In this document: positions 18,325-27,128 of the stretch, one piece after another
Position numbering within the stretch: the first letter of the stretch is position 1
How the letters are laid out: each line of letters begins with the position of its first letter
DNA from: Pseudomonas phage PaBG
Sequence record: KF147891.1
DNA length: 64,000 nucleotides
Direction: 5' to 3' (one strand)
Position numbers and translations under genes: made by a program
Notes under the pieces: generated by a model
What the model saw: only the letters and a program-made list of their open reading frames with translations
Databases searched by the model: none
Told to the model about the DNA's origin: nothing

Positions 18325-19446
18325 ATGGCAATCAAACGAGGCACGAACACGATCCGCCGCGAACACGCTCGGAACTACACGCACGTTCAGGCGCAAAAGA
18401 GGCTGGATGAGGCAGTGGCTCCGTTCAATCGGCAGGTCGAAAACTCGCTGGCTGTGGATGCAGTAGAAATCGACTACTACCACATTCAACAGAAGACAGG
18501 CATCCCGTGCACCTGCGAGAAGGTGGCACTTGAGCCGCTGATCGACGACCTGGAAGAAACCAACATCCCGCCGATCATCCCAACGGCAGACGATGACAAC
18601 ACAGGCATCAAGGTCAAGTTTCAGGACGACGAAATCTTCGGTGACAGCATCGCCGAGAAAATCTTCAACGACGGGCCTGATACCATTATCGATGTCACAG
18701 GAGACAGCGGCCGTTCGACGTTCCAAGAACTCAAGGCCATGGGTGAGGACAACTTCGCCGATGGGCTACTCGGCGGAGGAAGTGTCGATTGTGGCGTGTG
18801 TTACCGTACAGGCTTCCAACCGCCGTACAAAGCATACGGCAAGCAGCGTTTCATCTTCACCAATTATCAGATCGAAGGTGCTAGTGGGTACCGAGTAAAC
18901 ACCACAAAGCAACCTCACACAATCGAGCGGCATTCGCCGAGCACGCCAGGCTACGTCATGTTCAAGACGCTGGTGCCGAAGTATTTCGTGTCGTTGACCT
19001 ACAGCATCCGAGATAACCTCGTGTATCTGGTCAGCGACAAACTGTTCCGTACCGACGGCGAGCCGTTGCGTGCAGAAGACGTGCGGTCGTTTGCCGGACG
19101 TGAAATGGAGTTCTTGGTCAAGGCTGAGTGCTTCACGCACATTGTCCTTGAGTTTGAACTCGACGTACCAAAGCTGCTGGCGAATATCAGCGGGGAAGTT
19201 GCGGCCCTTGACTACGAGCGGCTGGTGACCATCGGAGACATCAACGTCATCCTACCGCCGTCACTCGCCGAAGTCGAGAACGGGGACATTCTCATAATCA
19301 AGAAACGCAACCTGGCATTGAAGGTGCGCGATAAGGACCGCAAGATCACGGCAGACAAACGTCGGCTGGAGTGGAGCGTTTCTACTCGCGTGCTGCAACC
19401 AACAGAGGCACTGCGCAACATTGCCGCAGGCTTCAAGCTCTACTGA
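18325..19446 (+). CDS. hypothetical protein
   Basis: 373-aa ORF. Upstream gtgtaatttac promoter-like motif. Confidence 0.5.
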   Translation: MAIKRGTNTIRREHARNYTHVQAQKRLDEAVAPFNRQVENSLAVDAVEIDYYHIQQKTGIPCTCEKVALEPLIDDLEETNIPPIIPTADDDNTGIKVKFQDDEIFGDSIAEKIFNDGPDTIIDVTGDSGRSTFQELKAMGEDNFADGLLGGGSVDCGVCYRTGFQPPYKAYGKQRFIFTNYQIEGASGYRVNTTKQPHTIERHSPSTPGYVMFKTLVPKYFVSLTYSIRDNLVYLVSDKLFRTDGEPLRAEDVRSFAGREMEFLVKAECFTHIVLEFELDVPKLLANISGEVAALDYERLVTIGDINVILPPSLAEVENGDILIIKKRNLALKVRDKDRKITADKRRLEWSVSTRVLQPTEALRNIAAGFKLY

Positions 19447-19454
19447 GGTGATGT

Positions 19455-19706
19455 ATGGGAATCACAGTGATTGTAGTGCGGCAAGACGGACGTAGCGTCG
19501 CATCGTCTCTTGCGACCAACAACACGGTGGTTGTTGAAAATCTTGGAGGCCTGCGCCACGTTGTTCGAGGACGTAGCGTCTCCAAGGTCATACTGGTAGA
19601 CCTGAAACGCAGCGAGCTGAATGGCGAACTGGCAGATACGATTCAGGCCGGCACCAAAACACACGAACTCGAAACTGGGGCTCCTGTCCCGTACCTGGAG
19701 GTTTGA
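19455..19706 (+). CDS. hypothetical small protein
   Basis: 83-aa ORF. Confidence 0.35.
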   Translation: MGITVIVVRQDGRSVASSLATNNTVVVENLGGLRHVVRGRSVSKVILVDLKRSELNGELADTIQAGTKTHELETGAPVPYLEV

Positions 19707-20152
19707 CAATGGACCAACGTGACATCAAAATCATGGGCAACATGGTTGCTCTCGCCCGTCGAGGCAAAGGCAAAGGTGCCGGGTCGAAGCGTAGCCTGAT
19801 GCTGCGCACCATTCTGCCGCACCTGTCGAAAGAAACTGGCGACCTGTTGGCGAACGCGATTCAGCAGGGCAACACAGCCAAGTTCAACAACATCTGGAAC
19901 AAGGTACGCGACGAAATCTCCACGAAGATTGCTCACCGTCACGCTGCGCACGCAGGCAACGAGGAGTACGAAGGCCTGGGTATCGCTTTGGCGGGCGAGT
20001 CTGGCTTCTTCAAAGTCTTCGGCGAAGAGTTCGGTCGCATGATGGACGAAATCAACGCCAAGCGTAACGAGGAAATCGCACAGGGCCGTATTCATCCGAA
20101 GGGCAGCCCGCTCTATCGAGCAGAGGATGACCCGATCGCTCACCTGCCGTAA
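19703..20152 (+). CDS. hypothetical protein
   Basis: 149 aa. ATGA overlap with the previous ORF. Confidence 0.45.
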   Translation: MTMDQRDIKIMGNMVALARRGKGKGAGSKRSLMLRTILPHLSKETGDLLANAIQQGNTAKFNNIWNKVRDEISTKIAHRHAAHAGNEEYEGLGIALAGESGFFKVFGEEFGRMMDEINAKRNEEIAQGRIHPKGSPLYRAEDDPIAHLP

Positions 20153-20160
20153 TTCCTGCG

Positions 20161-20205
20161 AAAACCCGAGTAGTGCTCTGTGCCTGCTCGGGTTTTTCAT
20201 TTTGG
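20161..20205 (+). terminator. intrinsic terminator
   Basis: AAAACCCGAG...CUCGGGUUUU stem followed by UUUUUCAUUUU. Confidence 0.75.
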
Positions 20206-20399
20206 GCGTCATTGGCGATTTCTGGTACAAGACGCCATTAAGATAGCGCAGACCCAGTGATCTGCGGAAACGTCCTAGAGGATGCGATTCAAGGAAACGC
20301 GCCGCGATGACCCCGTACGCCTGACAAGGCATAACGTAGGTTCGTTTCTTCGCAAAGTGCCCTGCTTTTCCTGTGTCAGTCACACTCGTTCAAACGCCC

Positions 20400-20470
20400 G
20401 TTTGAAAATATTTTTCGTCGATTGATCACTTTTTGTACAGCATTTTTGTGACCACGGATTTGGTAAAATG
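20400..20470. other. AT-rich tract (DUE-like) inside the 1.4-kb non-coding region
   Basis: tttgaaaatatttttcgtcgattgatcactttttgtacagcatttttgtg...ggtaaaatgg, in an otherwise roughly 58% GC genome. Confidence 0.4.
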
Positions 20471-20472
20471 GC

Positions 20473-20619
20473 AGGTCCTACGCAGCGGGGCGCCATCAGG
20501 TTACAACCTTCCGTACGTTTTTCGCAAAGGTGCAAGGTTTGACTACTGATTGCAGTAGCGGACGATTCCGCAAAACACGCATTCTATGCGAAGGACCTAG
20601 TGAAACTTGCGAAGGACCT
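20473..20619. repeat. three copies of a 12-mer TGCG(A/T)AGGACCT (two direct, one inverted)
   Basis: aggtcctacgca at 20473-20484 (inverted). tgcgaaggacct at 20587-20598 and 20608-20619. Confidence 0.5.
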
Positions 20620-20675
20620 GCCGTTCTGCGGAAACGCAAAAATCGGAGCACTCGTTTTGACTACTGATTGCAGTA
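20538..20675. repeat. two direct 20-bp repeats TTTGACTACTGATTGCAGTA, 118 bp apart
   Basis: Copies at 20538-20557 and 20656-20675. Each contains the interrupted palindrome TACTG-attg-CAGTA and a TTGACT -35-like hexamer. Confidence 0.55.
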
Positions 20676-20914
20676 ACAGATTCGTGTGGGTAGCATGTGA
20701 CCGAAAAAGGACCCACCTAAAGTCGAGACCTTTTGCACATAGGATTACCACGGGGCGGTCCTACGGCATGGCATTTCCCGTGACCATCGACCTCGCTGGA
20801 GAGCGCGTAGAATCTAGCTTCCAGAGCGGTTGGTGAAAAAATGTCCAACCTGTCCAAAAAATAACCAAAAAGCAGGGAAATCGAAAAAATGGATAGTGTC
20901 AAGTACCACGAAGT

Positions 20915-21000
20915 TACTTCGCATCTTCTCCTTCCAGTCTCTTCCAGTCAAGCTGACAAGCTCGTCTCGTCCCTCGCCTCCCTCTCGTACAACTTCGTCG
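20915..21000. repeat. pyrimidine-rich (CT) tract with a cttccagtc direct repeat
   Basis: cttctccttccagtctcttccagtc...ctcgtctcgtccctcgcctccctctcgt, with strong strand asymmetry. Confidence 0.4.
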
Positions 21001-21366
21001 CTCACCAGTGTGGTTAACTCGCATCACAGGATTACTCCAAGCGGAGCGTTAGCGTAGCGCAGGAGAGAATTGAAGAAGGCTTTCGCCGCAGGCGAAACGC
21101 GCAGAGCGCCAGCGATGCGCCTTACGCCTCTGCAATTCCCTGTGCGCAATGGCGACGATTAAAGAGCGCGGATGCTTACTTTGCCTCATTTAGCAGTGAT
21201 GCAACGTAAGCGTCTTCGCTCAAGTATCTGGGTACAAGTCTGCTTCCTTACCTCACGGAGTGAGCAGGTCGCCTGCGAAACGACGTTTTCCGAAATTTTC
21301 TGGATGAACAGGACACACTGGATGGGAGCCTTGGGAGTCTGGGTCGTCGCACATAGACACTTAGGA

Positions 21367-21514
21367 GTTCGCTGGCGCTCACTCCTTGTGAGCTTCGCTC
21401 ACGGAATTTCTTTAGCCTACGGCAGGAGTCGCTGCGCTCCTCTGGTTCGCTGGCGCTCACGGGTGACGCTCATAGACTACCGGACGTTCAAACGGCGAAG
21501 CGAGCTGGCGCTCA
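21367..21514. repeat. iteron-like direct repeats GTTCGCTGGCGCTCAC (x2) plus GCTGGCGCTCA (x1)
   Basis: Copies at 21367-21382, 21445-21460 and 21504-21514. A degenerate copy occurs at 21426-21440. Confidence 0.5.
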
Positions 21515-21562
21515 AACGCCAAGAGCATATTCCGCCCCGCCCGCCGCCGGATTCCCGCCGGA

Positions 21563-21575
21563 AACTGTGAAAATA
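21563..21575 (+). promoter_or_regulatory. AAACTGTGAAAAT promoter-like motif upstream of gene 21630
   Basis: Variant of the recurrent AAACTGTAAAT motif, about 55 nt upstream of the ATG. Confidence 0.4.
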
Positions 21576-21629
21576 GTTTGCACGCCACAATAAACGCCGG
21601 GCGAAAGCCTCGCAATAAGGACATCGAAC

Positions 21630-22436
21630 ATGGGAATCTACCTTCGCGTCACCGATCAGGCGCTGATCGACGCTGTTTCAAACATGAGAGGGAACACCAC
21701 CCTCGTTCAGGACAAGACTCTGCTGGAGCTGTGCAAGGCTGCCAGCCATGTGCATTACGAGAATGGCGAGCCAGTGGGTTTGCTGGTCGATCACACCATG
21801 CGAAAATCGGAGCTGACTGCGCACAGCCTGGAAGGGCTTGTGTTGCGACGTGACGACGTTCCGTGTTTCGGCCGTTTGTGCTCGCTGTACGTTCCGAATC
21901 GCAGGACGATCATCGGAAAAGAGATTGCGTCTATCATGGATGCAATCTCCCAGTCGTCTCGCGTTGCGCGCTACGCTGTTGACTTGGTTGCGCCCAGGAT
22001 CAAATCCAAAATCGCCATCGATGACTTCCAGTTCGACTACCGCGCCCAGGCCCGCGTTCACTTCATCGCCGGCAACCTGTACATCGGCATGGCGGGTGTC
22101 AGCATCGTTAAGCATGTGTATGACGTTGGGCATGGTGTGGAGTTGATCGAACGTGCCGAGTATCGCGCCGCAGTGAAGCAACATCAGGTATCCGCACACA
22201 ACCATCTGTTCAACGAGAACGACAGTCTGGTGCACCGTGCGAAAGCCGCGCTCGACCCATTCCTGCCGCTTGATTTGGCTGTGGTTAGTTCGCTGCTGAC
22301 CGACATCTATCAACGGGTGATCGTCAAACCAAAGGACATCGCCCATTACATTCCGCATGTGTTGCTGGAGCGCGAGCTGATGTATGTCTACGCCTCGCTC
22401 GTTGCGATACTGCATGCCTTCTACGGGGTGGAGTGA
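21630..22436 (+). CDS. hypothetical protein
   Basis: 268 aa with SD aagga. First gene after the non-coding region. Confidence 0.5.
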   Translation: MGIYLRVTDQALIDAVSNMRGNTTLVQDKTLLELCKAASHVHYENGEPVGLLVDHTMRKSELTAHSLEGLVLRRDDVPCFGRLCSLYVPNRRTIIGKEIASIMDAISQSSRVARYAVDLVAPRIKSKIAIDDFQFDYRAQARVHFIAGNLYIGMAGVSIVKHVYDVGHGVELIERAEYRAAVKQHQVSAHNHLFNENDSLVHRAKAALDPFLPLDLAVVSSLLTDIYQRVIVKPKDIAHYIPHVLLERELMYVYASLVAILHAFYGVE

Positions 22437-22777
22437 TGAACACCGTACTGCTTCTGGGCTTGGCAGTTTTCCTGTTCTTCTGGCTGACCGTCATCTGGAG
22501 CCGCTTCGTCACTGACGTGTATCTGAATGTGGCGCAAGCGGCAATCGATGCCTCTCGGTGCTGCATGTTGTTCGACCAGATCACTGCCGGCGATTGGGAT
22601 TTCTCTACGGTCTGCAACTCCTGCGAGTTTGACCTTCCATTCGTTGACTTTGCCTCGCAGCCTATCTCTTGGTGGCCTGCTGTCTGGGTGTGGGATTTCA
22701 TCGGACGGCAGATCGTCATGGAGCACAGCGCCAGCAACATGGAGCTCGATTGGGCTGGCGTGGAGTTCTCGGTATGA
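22433..22777 (+). CDS. hypothetical membrane protein
   Basis: N-terminal TM segment LLLGLAVFLFFWLTVIW. ATGA overlap. Confidence 0.45.
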   Translation: MMNTVLLLGLAVFLFFWLTVIWSRFVTDVYLNVAQAAIDASRCCMLFDQITAGDWDFSTVCNSCEFDLPFVDFASQPISWWPAVWVWDFIGRQIVMEHSASNMELDWAGVEFSV

Positions 22778-23451
22778 CTGAGCATCAGGTATTGCCTGAG
22801 GAAATCGCCAATAACCAACGGCTGCTGCGCATCCACATTTCGCTGACGTCCGAAGAACTGCGTGAGTATTTTGCCATGCGCTCTGCGTGCCGAGAGCTTC
22901 CAGCAGGATCGGAAGCCCAACGTGCTCTCGTTGGCAATTTCACCCAACGCTTCTCTGATTTCGTGGCTGACTGGAAGACGTTTGGTGTTACGCAGTACCC
23001 GACGCCGCTGCTTCCGTCGCTGCCGTACAACTACTTCGCCACGATCGACCGTGAGCACGCATCTGGTGCCGTGCTCTTTCTGCTAGCGAACCCGTCGCCG
23101 CAGAGTCGCGCAATCTACGCCCATTGGGCGACGTGGAGAGCAATGCTGGCTGCGGTTGGTTTAGGTTCGTTGCATGACGATCTGTGCCAGTGGAGTTCGT
23201 ACTTGCAAGTCATGCGCAAGGTCTGCTCGCAGAAGACGTTCCCGCGTCAAACCCTCTGGGCTGAACTGATTCCGCAACTGGTGATGCGCCGCGACTTGGT
23301 AGACGGCCGCGTAACTGGCGTCGTTGCTTATGTTGCCCGCTGCATCCGAGACTGCCTTGGGTTGGATCGTAATTCCGATCGTCTGATAATCAGCGACACC
23401 GGTCTGGTAGTTGACGGACCTGCCCTTACCATTGAACGGAGACTCCCATGA
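22774..23451 (+). CDS. hypothetical protein
   Basis: Trimmed to MTEHQVLPEE (ATGA overlap with the previous stop). Confidence 0.45.
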   Translation: MTEHQVLPEEIANNQRLLRIHISLTSEELREYFAMRSACRELPAGSEAQRALVGNFTQRFSDFVADWKTFGVTQYPTPLLPSLPYNYFATIDREHASGAVLFLLANPSPQSRAIYAHWATWRAMLAAVGLGSLHDDLCQWSSYLQVMRKVCSQKTFPRQTLWAELIPQLVMRRDLVDGRVTGVVAYVARCIRDCLGLDRNSDRLIISDTGLVVDGPALTIERRLP

Positions 23452-24098
23452 TGGAAAACTTCCTCACGCACGACGACATCGTAACCTTCTTCTCGGACAT
23501 GGATGTCAGCGTGCAAATCCTGCAGCAACACCAGGGTTCGCAGTACACCGACATCAACGGCCAGCAGGCTGTCGCTGCGTTCGCAGAGTTCAGCGGTCAC
23601 ATTCCTTTCCCGAACACTGACGGTGATCTGCGCGAAGCGGCCGCAGCGCTCAAGCGCAAACTGCGCGAAGCTCGTGGCGACGCCAACACCGTACTGGTTC
23701 GTTCCATGGTCGCCACCTCGGCACCCACAGGCGTGTCCTTGTTCGCACACTGCGCCTTCGTCAAGGCCTTCGTCGAAGTCGATCCGCGCACTGAGCGCGT
23801 TCGTCGTTTGGTTGAGCGCGGCGAGTGCTGCAACGTCGGCGATGTGGCTCACGCTCTGATCCTCGGCTATCGCTGCGCCCGACCTACGTGGGAGAACGAT
23901 GCGTTCATCTACCTGCAGAACGCGAGCGAGTTCAAGGTCAATCGCGCACCTCTGCTCGGTATTTTCCCCGAGGGCACCAACATCAAGTTCGAGGCGCACA
24001 TCGATCAGTACCAAGACGACGGCAGTGTTCGCGTCTGGTCGCCGAGTGTTGCCGACATCCTGGCCACCGACTGGATCATCCTGGCTCACGAAGTGTGA
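23448..24098 (+). CDS. hypothetical protein
   Basis: 216 aa. ATGA overlap. Confidence 0.5.
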   Translation: MMENFLTHDDIVTFFSDMDVSVQILQQHQGSQYTDINGQQAVAAFAEFSGHIPFPNTDGDLREAAAALKRKLREARGDANTVLVRSMVATSAPTGVSLFAHCAFVKAFVEVDPRTERVRRLVERGECCNVGDVAHALILGYRCARPTWENDAFIYLQNASEFKVNRAPLLGIFPEGTNIKFEAHIDQYQDDGSVRVWSPSVADILATDWIILAHEV

Positions 24099-24227
24099 CA
24101 GCCGAAGTCGAAAATGCTAATTGACTAAGCACTGAAAAGTGTAAACAAAGTTCACTGGTCACTGCGAGTGCGTCGGAAGTCCCCCGACATTCAACCGATG
24201 CCCACACTCCTCGCAGTGATCCTTTTT

Positions 24228-24303
<76 letters not shown>

Positions 24304-24325
24304 TATTCTCTGGAGATACACGAAC

Positions 24326-24799
24326 ATGCCGCAAGTTTCTGCGCCAGAAGGCGATGCGCTACTCGACCTCGCCAACATGCCTGATCCTGCCATCGACGAT
24401 GCGTTCGATCTTCACCTGATCGAGGCGAATGACGGCGTATGTCGTGCGGTCGCGCCGATCTTCAAGTCCCTGCAACTGGCGCTGTCCGATATGAGTTACA
24501 CGGACAACGGTGCGCAGTACAAGGAAGAAACTGGACATCGCGGTGCGCTGACGCTGGAGTTCTTCAACAACGTCGGTGGTCAGCAGTGGATCGACGGTTG
24601 CGACGCGCTCATCGCCGAACTCGATGCCGTTGTATTCCACGTGTACCATGCCAACGGCGAGCTGTACAGCGAACTCCGCTTCTCTGGCTTGACCGAGCCG
24701 GAGTTCACCCGCGAGTTCTCGCACAGCGATCCGACAGTGCAGGTCCTGCAGTACGTCTGGCTGTTTGCCGACGTCAAGGAAACTGTGAAAGAGCAGTAA
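24326..24799 (+). CDS. hypothetical acidic protein
   Basis: 157-aa ORF with SD ggaga directly after tRNA-Thr. Confidence 0.45.
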   Translation: MPQVSAPEGDALLDLANMPDPAIDDAFDLHLIEANDGVCRAVAPIFKSLQLALSDMSYTDNGAQYKEETGHRGALTLEFFNNVGGQQWIDGCDALIAELDAVVFHVYHANGELYSELRFSGLTEPEFTREFSHSDPTVQVLQYVWLFADVKETVKEQ

Positions 24800-25111
24800 A
24801 GAACATCCGACCGCCGATTGCGTGCTCGTCCCACGTGATCGACGGTTTTGGCAGCGACTCCGCTAAGCTGCCGACCAGATGGGTGTGCGGAAGGGTTCGG
24901 CGGAGGTAGCAACTTCGCCGTCGATTGGCCAGTGCAGCGCGTCCTCAGCGTACTCGTCCTACGCAGTCCTCAGCGCTGTACCGCCGTTAGCGTTTACCAA
25001 GCGCCTGCCGAATGCCTGCTCGTCCCAGGATTGGCTGGCCAAAAGACGCAAAGCCCTGCTCGACTTTCCGGTGGAGTAGTAACCGGCTCGATTACTTGAA
25101 GGAGAACAGGC

Positions 25112-25348
25112 ATGTTCCTTTCGCTTTGCCTTGGGCTTGCTCTGGTGTGCGTTGAGCCGACTGCTCCGCCTACACGACCAGATGTCGTGTACTACCAGAC
25201 AGAGACCCGCATGGTTGCTGTTCGGGAATACACCGAACCAAAAGAAGTCGCCGCACTTCCGGAACAGAGTGGCGGTGCGCCCTATCCACGATCAGCGCCT
25301 AACGACCGCGGTCGTGAAGGCCACCGATGTACCATCGGGGTTGCCTAG
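25112..25348 (+). CDS. hypothetical small exported protein
   Basis: SD aggaga. N-terminus MFLSLCLGLALVC is signal- or lipoprotein-like. Confidence 0.3.
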   Translation: MFLSLCLGLALVCVEPTAPPTRPDVVYYQTETRMVAVREYTEPKEVAALPEQSGGAPYPRSAPNDRGREGHRCTIGVA

Positions 25349-26105
25349 CTGTCCGGAGCTTCCGCGATCCCGCCCCAAACCGAAACACCACATCGCTAGG
25401 CTTAACGGCCAACAAAATCGCTGAGAGCGAATGAAGTGCGCGAGAAATCGTAGGCACTAAGAAAGGGCAAGGCGGCACGTTAGAGAACAAGGCAAGAGGC
25501 TGACTCGCTGGATTTAGCGACCAGATGCGCCGGGAAACAAACCTCTGCCGCCTGCCAACCTAAAGCGGACTGATGAGTGGTTCAAGTCCACATGGCGAAA
25601 GCCTCGGGTGAAAGGCCCACGAAACTCAAACGAGTATCCGCATGAACGCCGCTCCTGGATGAGCGGTGGGTTCAAGTACACCGACCCACTAATCGGGTCG
25701 TTTCTCGGAGCTGCTTCTGCTGAGATTTCTGTGCGTAGTGAGAAGCCATAGGAGCCTTCGGATACCTGGTCGGCTCATGCCGATAGCGCTTTTTCATCGG
25801 CGCTATCGTACAGGGTTATGGTGGTCATGTGAAACACAAGCACATGCACGCTGCACTCGTTCCCGCCCGCGAGTTCCACCATGCCTGCGGTGAAAGCCAC
25901 AGGTGCAGCCTATTTATGCCATCACGCTCGGCAACGTGCTGAGAAGAAAGAAACGATAAGGCGAGTCTACATACGCCGATCGGCCGCATAGCAGCCCATT
26001 GTGGCAGCCGCATAGTGCCGATTGCCGTTGCGACCAAGCACTTGGACACAAACGCTTCTTGAGTCGTCGAGCGTGATGGCACCCTATTGAACAGAGGTAA
26101 CACGT

Positions 26106-26288
26106 ATGTGTATTTGCCGCCGTGCATGGTTCCTGATTGTCGTCAGCGCATTGTACCTGTTGGGTTGCGTTGTCGCATGGTCCATGGGTTGTCTGAATGT
26201 TTACGTCAACCCGGCACAGCTGGTATACGTTGCCGTTCTCTCTGTTCCGCTGTGGTGCAAGTCAGTAGGACGTTTGCTTCACATGTGA
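26106..26288 (+). CDS. hypothetical small membrane protein
   Basis: 60 aa with two hydrophobic segments. SD agagg. The overlapping ORF 26087..26296 was rejected. Confidence 0.3.
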   Translation: MCICRRAWFLIVVSALYLLGCVVAWSMGCLNVYVNPAQLVYVAVLSVPLWCKSVGRLLHM

Positions 26289-26294
26289 GTCTGT

Positions 26295-26388
26295 GACCCA
26301 GTAGCTCAGTTGGTAGAGCGCGTGAACGCCTGCGCCGATAGCGGGAGTAACGTCATAGAGGTCGAGAGTTCAAATCTCTCCTGGGTCT
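26295..26388 (+). tRNA. aberrant tRNA-like element (possible tRNA pseudogene or non-canonical tRNA)
   Basis: Perfect 7-bp acceptor stem (GACCCAG/CTGGGTC), canonical D arm (TAGCTCAGTTGGTAGAGC) and T arm (GAGAG-TTCAAAT-CTCTC). There are 43 nt between the D and T arms. The only 5-bp stem with a 7-nt loop (CCTGC-GCCGATA-GCGGG) is displaced 8 nt and lacks U33. Confidence 0.35.
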
Positions 26389-26394
26389 GCCTAT

Positions 26395-26405
26395 TTCTGT
26401 AAAGG
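26395..26405 (+). promoter_or_regulatory. TTCTGTAAAGG promoter-like motif
   Basis: Variant of the recurrent TGTAAA motif directly upstream of ORF 26406. Confidence 0.3.
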
Positions 26406-26615
26406 ATGTACACGATGTTGCCGTCAATGCACTTTCCACTAAAGCGTCCTGTGCTTACTCCAGAAGAAGCCAGTGCGTCGCGTGCCAGAACCCTTGAGGC
26501 TATTCGCAAATGCCGCGAAGCCCAAGCTGAACTGGAGCGAGTTTGCCGTGAGAAAGGCATTGAGATTCCGGTGATGGTCTGTCGTTCTAGTTTCCGAGTT
26601 CGTTCGGGTCGTTAG
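26406..26615 (+). CDS. hypothetical small protein
   Basis: 69 aa. The 3' end runs into the tRNA-Lys gene. Confidence 0.3.
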   Translation: MYTMLPSMHFPLKRPVLTPEEASASRARTLEAIRKCREAQAELERVCREKGIEIPVMVCRSSFRVRSGR

Positions 26616-26681
26616 CTCAGTTGGTAGAGCATGGCGCTTTTAACGCCGTGGTCGTTGGTTCGAGTCCAACACGACCCACCA
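26606..26681 (+). tRNA. tRNA-Lys (anticodon TTT)
   Basis: GGGTCGTTAGCTCAGTTGGTAGAGCATGGCGCTTTTAACGCCGTGGTCGTTGGTTCGAGTCCAACACGACCCACCA. Acceptor stem and D arm identical to E. coli tRNA-Lys. Confidence 0.8.
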
Positions 26682-26689
26682 GTTTCATA

Positions 26690-26765
26690 GGCCCCATAGT
26701 CGAGCGGTTAAGACGCTTGCCTGTCACGCAAGAAATCGCGGGTTCGATTCCCGCTGGGGTCGCCA
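26690..26765 (+). tRNA. tRNA-Asp (anticodon GTC)
   Basis: Anticodon arm CTTGC-CTGTCAC-GCAAG. T arm GCGGG-TTCGATT-CCCGC. Encoded CCA. Confidence 0.75.
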
Positions 26766-26766
26766 T

Positions 26767-26843
26767 AGGACGTTAGCTCAGTTGGTTAGAGCATCTGACT
26801 TTTAATCAGAGGGTCCTGGGTTCGAGTCCCAGACGTCCTACCA
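26767..26843 (+). tRNA. second tRNA with anticodon TTT (tRNA-Lys-like)
   Basis: AGGACGTTAGCTCAGTTGGTTAGAGCATCTGACTTTTAATCAGAGGGTCCTGGGTTCGAGTCCCAGACGTCCTACCA. Anticodon arm TCTGA-CTTTTAA-TCAGA. Separated from tRNA-Asp by 1 nt. Confidence 0.65.
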
Positions 26844-27128
26844 TATAAATGCCGCCGCCCACATTCTAGCTTGGTCGCCTGATTAGGCGGAGGCAACGCA
26901 GCAGCTTGTTCAGTTTCGTCACGGCTTCTGAACTACCTTGCAGCCAAGAGCGGGAAGAGCGCTCACCTATCCTGGCCTGTAGTCCGGAACACTCGGGCTC
27001 GACGGTGCACTCCTCGACAAGTGCGCTGTGACTGTGATTAGACTGACCGGTGTCGAGAGGATCGCCAGTGGCCGGTATATCTTCAGGGAGTGGAAGGAAA
27101 AACTCCCTTAGCCTTTTTGGAGATTGTG

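Noticed and set aside
21678-24089. - strand ORFs 21678..22415, 22324..23058, 23328..24089
   Set aside because: Antisense to a compact ATGA-coupled + strand operon. No ribosome-binding sites or motifs.
24848-25099. 83-aa + ORF (and nested 66-aa ORF) between gene 24326..24799 and 25112..25348
   Set aside because: No SD. Pro/Ser/Gly/Cys-rich translation. The region contains short direct repeats (gtcctcagcg x2) and is more likely non-coding.
25571-25615. CUGAUGA...GAAA sequence suggestive of a hammerhead ribozyme core
   Set aside because: The GAAA does not directly follow the stem II 3' strand and no proper stem I/III/cleavage-site arrangement could be built. Most likely coincidence. The nearby T-arm-like hairpins are kept as a low-interest finding.
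26087-26296. 69-aa ORF overlapping the 60-aa membrane-protein ORF
   Set aside because: Cys/Arg-rich and in an alternative frame to 26106..26288. The latter has an SD and two hydrophobic helices, but even that call is low-confidence.
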